Shown: positions 1 to 10,184 of the stretch, piece after piece
Layout of the letters: each line of letters opens with the position of its first letter
How positions within the stretch are numbered: position 1 is the stretch's first letter
Source: Azolla caroliniana
Taxonomy: Eukaryota; Plantae; Polypodiophyta
Reading direction: 5' to 3'
DNA: 64,000 bases
Assembly: GCA_043228905.1 (NCBI GenBank)
Contig: JBHGNT010000011.1
Location: 2,542,001-2,606,000, forward strand
The notes under the pieces: generated by a model
The model's database searches: none
What the model was told of the DNA's origin: nothing
Seen by the model: the letters and a program-made list of their open reading frames with translations, nothing else
Program-made: the position numbers and the translations under genes

Positions 1-1779
1 TTGTGTAAGGGCGCAGAGACAAGAGGATGTTCATCCTCGACTCCACTGACGGCGGCACCGCAATGTTCGCGAAGGGACAAAAAACCGAGTCGGACATCGA
101 CTTGTGGCACAAGCGGATAGGCCACGTCAACCACCAACGGCTTCAAGATCTGCAATCGAAACGAGTAGTGTTCGGATTGCCCAAATTTAGTGGCCGAAAG
201 GCACAAAATTGTGAAGCCTGCCAGCTCGGAAAGCAACACCAACTTCCCTTCCCAAAGGAGCGAAACTGGAGCCAGAACAAGCTCGACCTTATACACTCCG
301 ATGTATGGGGGCTGGCACAAAACGTTAGTTTTGGCGGGAGCCGATATTTCGTCTCCTTCATCGACGACCACACGCGGCACACGTGGATCTACCTTATTGT
401 GAGGAAGAGCGAAGTCTTCGACTATTTCCGGGACCTCAAAGGGTTCGTGGAAACGGAAACGGGACGAAAGATCAAGTGCCTGCGGTCGGATGGCGGGAAA
501 GAGTACTTTTCCGGTCAATTCAACGGTTACCTACAACAAATGGGAATTCACCGTGAATTCAGTTGTAGATACACACCAGAGCAAAACGGCATGGCCGAGA
601 GGAAGAATCGGTCAATTGTGGAAGCAGCACGGGCAATGCTGGAGGAGAAGAGCTTGCCCAAGTTCTATTGGGCCGAGGCGGTAAGGACCGCGGTATACAT
701 CCAGAACCGGATTGGAGACAAAGTGTCGGCGCACGAGCTATATTTCAGAACGAAGTCGAACTTGCGACACTTGAGGGTGTTCGGTAGCATTGCGTATGTG
801 CATATACCGAAGGAGACTGCCGACATCTTCACAAAGCCTCTTGGTTTTGACAAGTTGCGGCAATTCTCAGGTGCGCTCGGGTTGCGTCACCTCGAGGTGC
901 CGAACTTGAGGGAGAGAACAGTCCCGAACGACCAAGCAAGGCAGCAGGAAAGGAGCGGAGACCGCGACACCGAGTCGGTTGAGAAGTTCGACTTCGGATC
1001 CTCTGAAGAAGCTGAGGGTGGACCCGCGGAAAAGTCCGGAAGCGGACAGAAGGGGAGCAACCGAAGGAGAGAGCCGAAGCCAACCACGCATGGGGGAGAT
1101 GACGCCATCGAGGGCGAGAAGACTGAAGACAAGTTGGAGACAGCCAACTTGGACGAGAGCGAAAACCGATCGGAGGTAGCCGAGTCGGTTCGGATGTTTG
1201 ATTCAGACACGTTGAATCAACCGAGGCCCAAGCGGAAGAAAAGGCAGCAGAAGAAGTGTCAACACTACAACAGCAGAAGAGCTGATAAGGGCCACATGAG
1301 CAGACAAGCCGACCGGAAGGGTCGAAGCGCGCGGAGTTGAACAGGTCGAGGAGCGCGAGCGAGGCGTGAAGCCAGGAGGAACCGGAGTTGTGAAGATCCC
1401 AAAGAGCCTCAAGTTGAGCTAGAAGTGGAGTGTTGAGAGACAAGCTCAACATCGGCCGGATCGGCTAAAGAAGCCGAGGACCGGATCGGTTGGGACCGAT
1501 TGGTTAGGCTGTTAGGAAAGATATTCCGTAAGGAATATATTTGGGAGTTAGTGTAAGAGCTCTTAATGAGCATTGAAGTACTGTCAGTACTTCGGTCAGT
1601 CCTCCTAGGACTTGTACAAAGTGTTCATTGAACACATATATGTTGTTGTTGTTTCTTTTTTAAAATATACACACACATTCTCTCCCGCGTATATTGTGTA
1701 AGCTCAAGCTCTCCATTAAACCTGAGTGTTCTTCCTTCTGTTCTGTCTTTATACTTGCTTCCGCACGGTACTTTCTACA
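1..1779 (+). mobile_element. Ty1/copia element A, 3' part (internally deleted) with 3' LTR 1431-1779
   Basis: Integrase ORF, purine tract at about 1420-1430, LTR TGTTGAGAGAC...TTTCTACA; sequence after 1779 matches the LTR of element B. Confidence 0.85.
27..1340 (+). CDS. Copia integrase fused in frame to the RNase H C-terminus and a charged tail (RT deleted)
   Basis: WHKRIGH..CEAC zinc finger, HSDVWG, RSDGGKEY, PEQNGMAERKN; IAYVHIPKE joins directly to TADIFTKPLG. Confidence 0.8.
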   Translation: MFILDSTDGGTAMFAKGQKTESDIDLWHKRIGHVNHQRLQDLQSKRVVFGLPKFSGRKAQNCEACQLGKQHQLPFPKERNWSQNKLDLIHSDVWGLAQNVSFGGSRYFVSFIDDHTRHTWIYLIVRKSEVFDYFRDLKGFVETETGRKIKCLRSDGGKEYFSGQFNGYLQQMGIHREFSCRYTPEQNGMAERKNRSIVEAARAMLEEKSLPKFYWAEAVRTAVYIQNRIGDKVSAHELYFRTKSNLRHLRVFGSIAYVHIPKETADIFTKPLGFDKLRQFSGALGLRHLEVPNLRERTVPNDQARQQERSGDRDTESVEKFDFGSSEEAEGGPAEKSGSGQKGSNRRREPKPTTHGGDDAIEGEKTEDKLETANLDESENRSEVAESVRMFDSDTLNQPRPKRKKRQQKKCQHYNSRRADKGHMSRQADRKGRSARS

Positions 1780-4286
1780 ATAGTGATGAAGATGGAAATG
1801 GTGATGGCGATAAGAATCATTGTGGGTGATAGCATGATGTGCATTGAGAAGCATTGTGGGGTGGGGGGTGGTGCCTAGAAAGGCTCCACCCCCCTCCCAA
1901 GGGGTTCAACGTAAAGGGGGAGAGAGATGAAAAGAGAGATAGATAGAGAGAAATGATTCATTCCTTCATTCATTCCCCATAAGGGGTTAAATAGTACAAG
2001 AGGGGGTAGATACAGAGGGGTGTAAGCCCCCTAGAGCATTCATACTGGACACTCACTCACACCTCCTCGTGTCCATCCACATGCACACACGTGTGCATGT
2101 GTTCACATACGTATCGACTCACAACTACATTTATACCCCCTACACATACACAACATCATGATAACATTCGACCCTCGCTTATCACACTTGACTCTCCGTA
2201 CATCTCGTACGGGGTAACACAGTATGGCACGCCCGTGGGAAAGTGCCTTGCACGTCGATCCCAAATGCCTTGATGATGATATTTCTTCGACCGGGACTTC
2301 CATCGGTCCTTTCAAAGTTCTTGACTCGAACATCTTTGTCAGTCAGCAAATCTTTCCGCGACAGGAACATTCTCGTTCTGTCGGCTTACGAACTTCGTCA
2401 TGGGTCCAAAATCATGTCGTGTATATGTATGTTCTTCCTTTGTTTTGAGTGTGTGTGGGTAATCTTGGGGATTTTCAAAATTTTGGTGGTGCCCTCTTGT
2501 TTTTTAAATTTGTTGGTCTACACTCATGTTTCCGAAATTCTTCACATGCCCCTATGTTTTTCTTTTTCTTTTTCCCTCTCTTTTCAATTTTATTTTAGGT
2601 TTTTTCTTTTTTTTCTTCCCTTCTTCTGCGCTTTCTTGCATCTTCGTCTCCTCCTTTGGTTCCTTTTCCTCTTCTGTGTTGTTTCCTATTTTCTTCTTCT
2701 TCTTCTCGCGTGCTTTCTTTTTCCTTCTGCCGCTTCTTCTTTTTCTTCTCTGTTATGGTACCACTGCTTCTCTTTCCTCTTTGTTTCATCGTTTCTCTTG
2801 TTTCTTTTCTTTGTGATTTCTTCTTGTTTCTAATTCATCTTTCTGTTCTGTTCCTTTCTGTCTTCTTCTTCTTCTACCACCACCATTGTTGTTGCTTCCT
2901 ATCCTTCTGCTTGCTACCGCATCATCTGGCCGCTCCGGCTGTCTATCTGTGTCTCCGACTCCGTCCGGTCAGTCAGTAAGATCTGGCTGTTATTGTTTGT
3001 CCAGCCCTCTAGCCATTGTTCGGTTGTCTGACCCGTCGTTTCAACGTCATCGTCGTTCCGGCCATCGGCTGTCCGTCCATTCTTGTCGCTTTTCAGTGTG
3101 GTGTCGCCATTCCGGTTGTTGTCCAGCCGCTTCTCGGGCTGCTCTGTCTGTTTGTCCGGTTGTACTTCAGCAATTGGTCGGCCATTTCGGCCGCTCTCCG
3201 GCCACTTTGGCTGCTCCGGTTGCTCCTATTTGGTCACTCTCCGGCCTATCTGACCGCTCGAACTATCGTTGTCGCTCCACCCCCTATCCGACCATTCTGG
3301 ATGTTGTCCGACCGCTCCGGCCACTTCTTGGCCGTTGGTATGTGGCCACCGCCGTCCGATCGCCGTCCCGGCTCCGTCACCATTCCGACCGTTTGGCCTG
3401 TCTTTTCGGTCTGTCGTGTTTTTCCAACCGTCTCTGTCCTCTTTTTGGCCGGTCGTCGGCCGTCGGCTGTTCTTGGCTGCTCTCTATTGCTCGGTCCGGT
3501 TGTCCGTCTCTAACCATATCTTTCCGGTCCTTCGTTCATTCTTCCGTCCATCCGTTCGGCCTTTTCCGACCATCAAGTCGTTCTTCAGCGGTCTTTGTCT
3601 CCTCGCATATTTGTCGCTGTCGACCTTGTCCGACTGTCTTCGTTCATCCCGACTGTCGTCCTTGGTCATTTCCGTTGTTGTTCGGCACGAACGGCCATGT
3701 CTTTTCGGATGTCCGGTTGTTGTCGTCCCGCTCATCTTCGATCCGGTCATCGTTGTTGTTGCCGACCTCTGTCATAACGCTATGATTGTTTCTTTTCTTT
3801 TTTTCGTTAACATGGCCATTTCCAACACATTGTGGTCGCCATTTCTTGCACATACCGATTCGATTTGCTACTCATCATAAATTTGATTTCTCGCATATCA
3901 TCGTCATCATTATTGCACATTTCGTCATTGTTGTCTCTGCCACGTATTAATCTTCAAATTCGTCTCCAAAGGGGGGGCGCCTTAGTGGTCGCCAAAAGGT
4001 GTTGTCAATTTTAGGGTTAACATTTATGATGATTGGTGATAAGCATTCAGAGATTGATTATGACATTGATAGTGATGAAGATGGAAATCGTGATGGCGAT
4101 AAGAATCATTGTGGGTGATAGCATGATGTGCATTGAGAAGCATTGCGGAGTGGGGGGTGGTGCCTAGAATGGCTCCACCCCCCTCCGAAGGGGTTCAACG
4201 TTGTCGTAGTGTAGGTTGCACACTATGTGGAAATTATATTTTTGTCCCTCCGGATAGAGAATGGAGTGCTCGGTGAGAACCGGAAG

Positions 4287-4448
4287 AAAACGGCATACCG
4301 GCAAGGAGGAAAACGGCATACCGGCAAGGAGGAAAACGGCATACCGGCAAGGAGGAAAAACGGCATACCGGCAAGGAGGAAAACGGCATACCGGCAAGGA
4401 GGAAAACGGCATACCGGCAAGGAAGAAAACGGCATACCGGCAAGGAAG
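4287..4448 (+). repeat. 23-bp tandem repeat (AAAACGGCATACCGGCAAGGAGG) x7 in the 5' LTR of C; x6 at about 20079-20217
   Basis: Counted directly; the LTR length difference (720 vs 697) equals one unit. Confidence 0.95.
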
Positions 4449-4925
4449 AGACGGATAAAGAGACATAAATGTAAAAAAAAAAAAAAACACGAGACACTAA
4501 AAATAACTCATGCACATCTAGCGTGCATGAGCCCTATACTTAGGAAATAAAAAAGCATCACATGCACATTTAGTGGACATGAACACTTTTTGTAAAAAAA
4601 AAAAAAAGCATGAAGCCATGCTTAGCTCTTCCTTCCTTATATAAGGAGGAGAGAAATATATAAAGGGTTGTTGATTATTTGGATTAAGTATTAATCAATA
4701 CAAAAATTATTCGTGGGATTCACGATTTATACATCTACTTCTTTCTTAACACCCTAAGTACCAATTAATATAGTATACTCGTGTGATTCACGAGTTTCTT
4801 ATCTTTCTCTTTGCTATTTGCTCATAATTAATCTCTATCTCACGAACTTCTTTCTCCTAGTCCAAGACCTCTGTGGTTCCCACCCGACTCACGCAACGAT
4901 CCGGAGCCGAAAGGCACGACACAGT

Positions 4926-4942
4926 TGGTGAACCCGACGTGA
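4926..4942 (+). promoter_or_regulatory. Primer binding site, tRNA-Trp
   Basis: TGGTGAACCCGACGTGA is complementary to the plant tRNA-Trp 3' end (recalled sequence); same PBS on the minus strand in D at about 8428-8444. Confidence 0.85.
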
Positions 4943-6080
4943 AGACGGGTGGCAAGGAGATGGAGGCTCAACAAGCTAACAATATGATGGCGATGTTCGA
5001 ACGGATGCTTCAAGAACAACGCACGATGTCGGAGATTTCGGCATCAGTAGAGCGGCTCGTGCAACGCAACGGGCAATTTAATGGTAAGGATGTGTCGCGA
5101 TATTTGCAGGACTACAAGGCGGAGATGCTCCGGTGTCGGGCTTCGGAAGGACTGCAAGTGACATCCTTTAACCGGGTGGCGACCGACGGGCTTCAAGGGA
5201 GTGTCCACGGGTTGCAACAACAAAATCCGACGTGGGAAGCATTCGAAGAGGCGTTAAAGACCACGTTTGCCATCGAGGACTCCTCCAAGGCAACGCGGAG
5301 GGGATTCGAGGATTGGGTGGAAACGTCAGGTAAGGGGCTGAAGGTCCTCGAAGTGTTTTCGACATTCGAAAGTCGGTTCGGGAGGTTGTCCGCGAGAGAT
5401 CAAACTATTCTTGCACCGGACAAAGTCATCATGTTTTTGCGAGCTGTGGACGTCCGGTGTCGTGCCTTTCGGCTCCGGATCGTTTGCGTGAGTCGGGTGG
5501 GAACCACCGGGGTTTTGGACTAGGAGAAAGAAGAATATGAGATGAGGCTAGTAATGAATAGATTATTAGAAAGAGAGATAAAAATTTCGTGAATCCCACG
5601 AGTGTATTGTATTCGATTAATCAATATTTAGATAAGAATATGTATTTAGATTGAAAGAAAGATATAAGAAACTTGTGAATCCCACAAGTATAGATTATAT
5701 TATTTTCGTGAATCCCACGATTATATTAATCGGTTGGTGTTTTCGGAAATATATCCAATTTCCAAATATTTCACACACCTATTACATTGTGCTCCCCATC
5801 CTTATGTAGTGATGGGAGAGACTAAGCATAGCTACATGCTTTTTTTTCTAATATGTTCATGCACACTAAATATGCATGTGATGCTTTTCTAATCCTTGCT
5901 TTTATTTGCTAAATATAGTGCTCATGCACGCTAGATGTGCATGAGTCACTTTTTTAGTTGCTAGCGTTTTTCTATAAAATATTCACGCACTCTAAAAATG
6001 CACGATTTACCTTTTAATAAAGGTAGGCGCAAATAAAGCAGTTATAGTTATTAAATCTATTTATAGAACACTGAAGATAA

Positions 6081-6146
6081 GGTAGCATAATGGTAAAGTT
6101 GAGGTTTGGCTACGTGGAGGTACAGGGTTCGAATCCTGCCCTATGC
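6081..6146 (+). promoter_or_regulatory. tRNA-like Pol III A-box/B-box module in the D LTR (copy at 9072-9137)
   Basis: TAGCATAATGGTAA ... GGTTCGAATCC at tRNA-like spacing; no complete cloverleaf. Confidence 0.7.
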
Positions 6147-6490
6147 ACGTGATAAATATCTTGATATATTATTTTATTTATTTATATGTAATTAAATCGG
6201 TTATATTATTTTTACTTTTTCACGTAGTGTACGAAATACACTACGACACTCGCCCCCTCCGAACCCGCACATCCTCCGGTATGTGCCGAAGTTGCCGATG
6301 CTCGTTGTCTCCCCTTCATCCTCCGTTTGTCCCGCTATGTCAACTTTGTCTCTCCATTTTGAGTAGACCCATTCTTTCCACCCGAACCATTGTCGCCATC
6401 CGATCCACCATATTCTTTGTTCTCTCTCGTCATATTCTTGGCCCTTGTCATTCGTGGTAGTGTCTTTTACTGGCCTCTTTCTTGTCTTCA

Positions 6491-8410
6491 TCAACCTTGA
6501 CTTTTTTTTCCGGATCGCTCTCGTCCGATCGACTTTCGGTTTGATCGGCTTCCGATCGGATTCGTATTCGGCCGAATCGGAATCGGTTGTTCGGTTTCGA
6601 TTGAGTCGGTCTCCTTCCGCCCTGGTTTCGATCTATCGGTTTCGGTTTCGGTTGGCTTTCTTTTCCTCGTTTTCACCAGCCTCGACCGGTCCAACCTCCG
6701 GTTGAGTCGGATTAGCTTCTTTTTGGATCGGTCTCGTCGGATCGTCTTTCGTTTAGTTCGGCTTCCTTTCCGATTTGTATTCGGTCGATCCGGACTCGGT
6801 TGATCGGTTTTTACCGATTCAGTGCTCTTTCGGGTCGGTTTCTTTTCTTTTCTTTTTGTCCGGATTTGCTTTCTTTTCTTCGTTTTCACCTGCCTTGTCC
6901 GGTTCGACTTTCGGCACTTCTTTCCGTTGTTCGCTACGTAGGTCCTCCGATATGTGCTCGTTGTTCGGTCCTCGTGTGGTTGTAATGCATGCTTCTTTTC
7001 TCGCCGTAGCGCGTGCTTCTTTATTCGCCATAACACGCGTTTCTTTATTCGCCGTAGAGCGTGCTCTGTATTACGCGCTTCTCCCGTCGTAGACCCGACC
7101 TCCGCATTGTCGCACTTTCTTTTAGATTGGAATTTCGGATGGATCATTTTCCATCCGAACCGACTTCCGACTTTACCTTCCTCGCCGCCATCTCCCGTCT
7201 CTCCGGTCTCACGTTGGTTCTCGGACACAACCGCCGAAGTCTCTAGATATTGTTGGCATGAATCCTCGGTATTACCTTCTTTCGTAGTTTCACCCTTAGC
7301 ATTCTTCTCGGCTATCTCTTCATCGTATTCGTCGGCTTCGACATTCGTTTTCTCTCCGCCACCTTCCGTCTCTTCGGTCTCACGTTGCCTTTCGATCGCA
7401 ACCGCCGGAGTCTCTGGAATCAGTGGTGGGGAAGTCTCGATATGGCAATCCGCCATTGATTCGTCCATAGCCACCTCCGATTCGATTTCGTCTTTTGTGG
7501 CTACCTCCTTAATCACATCCGCTTCACACTCTTTATCTGCATCAATTATGCAAACATCTATTATGCTTACCCCTTTTTCACCCGATGTTTCGGACACTTG
7601 TATTCCGAAATCTTCTTCTACACTTGGGTTATCGGCCTTATCCTTCATCGTTGTTCTTTCGCAAGACAAGAGGGTAGCTTGTTTTACACCCTCTTCCGTC
7701 GCACCATCATGTTGTATTTCGGCCTTCATATCGGCTCCATCGTTTGTCTTCAATCGGCCATCCTTCATCGGCCATGTCGTTGACAAGATTCTCATCTTCC
7801 TCTCATCATGTCTCCGGCATACCCTTTGGACTTCGGCCCAATCTTCGGTAAGACCATTCGTACCTTCATCGTCTTCGAGTTCGATCCCGATGTCCATCCT
7901 TTCTTTTTGATCGATCGATTTTACGAACATTAGGACTTTATCCTCTCCCACCAATCGTTGTTCCCGCTCCGAGAGTCGAGCAAAACGATGCTCGAACTCT
8001 AGGAATGCTTGTGTTGCACTTCGGTGGGTCTTCTCCGATGCCACCCATTCTTCAAATTCTCGCCGATCTTTTCCCTTCGATCTCTTGTAATCATATGCCT
8101 CTCGTAAAGCTTCTTCGAATGACCCCCATGTCGAGTTTTGTTGCCGTATCTTGTGGATTCTCTCTTGTAGCTCATCCGTGGCCACCTGATTGAAGGATGT
8201 CACTTGCAATCCTTCTGGTATCTCACATCATATCATCTCTGCCTTGTAGTCATGTAAATAGCGTGACACATCATTTCCGTTGAATTGTCCGTTTCGTTGT
8301 ACGAGCCGCTTTACTACCGCTGTGATCTCCGACATCGCTCGTTGTTCTTGTAGCATCCGTTCGAACATCATCATCATCGTTATGCTCATCGCCTCTTGTT
8401 GATTCTCCAT
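6491..8410 (-). pseudogene. Element D gag-derived ORF with long acidic then basic low-complexity extension
   Basis: N-terminus homologous to C gag (MFERMLQEQR, QVTSFN, DKVLMF); in-frame stop near 8228. Confidence 0.75.
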
Positions 8411-10107
8411 CTCCTTGCCACCCGCCTTCACGTCGGGTTCACCAACTGTGTCGTGCCTTTCGGCTCCGGATCGTTTGCGTGAGTCGGGTGGGAACCACCG
8501 GGGTTTTGGACTAGGAGAAAGAAGAATATGAGATGAGGCTAGTAATGAATAGATTATTAGAAAGAGAGATAAAAATTTCGTGAATCCCACGAGTGTATTG
8601 TATTCGATTAATCAATATTTAGATAAGAATATGTATTTAGATTGAAAGAAAGATATAAGAAACTTGTGAATCCCACAAGTATAGATTATATTATTTTCGT
8701 GAATCCCACGATTATATTAATCGGTTGGTGTTTTCGGAAATATATCCAATTTCCAAATATTTCACACACCTATTACATTGTGCTCCCCATCCTTATGTAG
8801 TGATGGGAGAGACTAAGCATAGCTACATGCTTTTTTTTCTAATATGTTCATGCACACTAAATATGCATGTGATGCTTTTCTAATCCTTGCTTTTATTTGC
8901 TAAATATAGTGCTCATGCACGCTAGATGTGCATGAGTCACTTTTTTAGTTGCTAGCGTTTTTCTATAAAATATTCACGCACTCTAAAAATGCACGATTTA
9001 CCTTTTAATAAAGGTAGGCGCAAATAAAGCAGTTATAGTTATTAAATCTATTTATAGAACACTGAAGATAAGGTAGCATAATGGTAAAGTTGAGGTTTGG
9101 CTACGTGGAGGTACAGGGTTCGAATCCTGCCCTATGCACGTGATAAATATCTTGATATATTATTTTATTTATTTATATGTAATTAAATCGGTTATATTAT
9201 TTTTACTTTTTCACGTAGTGTACGAAATACACTACGACACCGGGACCGGAAAGATCTCGGAGTGCTTCTTGAGGACACGACCACCGAAAGCGGCCTCACC
9301 TAAACATGGGAAAGCGTGCGATATATCGTTGCGCGGTACACGAAGAGGGGGCAATGGCTTGCCAACGAAGAAAAGAGGGTTTCGGAACCGATTCCGAAAC
9401 CGAGAACGAGACTGGAAGACCATCAACCGAGGGCTCGGGAGATTACGGCCGAGAAGGGAGTCGACGCGTCTATGGTGGAGCAGCTACTGAAGGAGATGGA
9501 GAATCTAAAGATCGCGATGGTGAAGAAGTCGGATGACCGCCCCACAAGCTCCAAATATACGGATCGACGGTGCATATGGTGCGATAGCGCCGAACACGAT
9601 CGGAGGGATTGCGACGACCATAAGGAGGCGCTACGACGGGATCTCATCTACTACGAGGGAAACCGGACTCATTCGATGGACTCTCGGAAGCCACTCCGAC
9701 CGAACTTCCGGAAAGGCGGCATGAAGAAGGTGCTCGAGGAGGTGTCAGGAATAGTACTAAAACAGAGATGGAATTAGTACTAAGAACAACAGTACTATTA
9801 GTACTAAGAGGACGGGACTGCGTAAGATTCCCGAGAGAGGAAGTGAGAAGAGGAGAGAGAGAGAGATAGCGAGAATGAGAGAGATGATGACAGCAGCTAT
9901 ATATTATGTGAAAAGATAAGTACAAGCGGCTAAGAGACTTAAGACTGGCGTTGAACCAATTTGGTTCAAAACAATGCCTTGTGCCTCCTTTTATAGTGTT
10001 TTTAGGAATAATCTTGAAGCTTCTAGAATGTTCCAGAGAGATCTGGAATATACATCAATTTTCTATGATACAGTATAAATGAAAATAATATCCTACAAAA
10101 TACAATT

Positions 10108-10173
10108 CCTAATCTAATGGTAAGAGCTCGACCCATGTAGCATAAAGTCATGGGTTCGAGTCTTGCCATGACA
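10108..10173 (+). promoter_or_regulatory. tRNA-like A/B-box module at the U3 end of the E LTR (copy 15339-15404)
   Basis: TAATCTAATGGTAAGAGC ... GGGTTCGAGTCT. Confidence 0.6.
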
Positions 10174-10184
10174 CTATCTCCCCC

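Larger units (their letters stand above)
5458..9239 (-). mobile_element. Non-autonomous Gypsy element D (relative of C), LTRs 5458-6248 and 8449-9239
   Basis: Apparently identical 791-bp LTRs, TSD CCGG, same PBS, U5 and PPT as C, no pol. Confidence 0.95.

Noticed and set aside
2243-3880. Several 100-300 aa ORFs in element B
   Set aside because: Low-complexity CT-rich sequence depleted of stops; no recognisable domain
4287-4448. CRISPR-like array
   Set aside because: Head-to-tail repeats without unique spacers, inside a eukaryotic LTR
6081-6146. Functional tRNA gene
   Set aside because: Acceptor and anticodon stems do not form; only the promoter boxes are present
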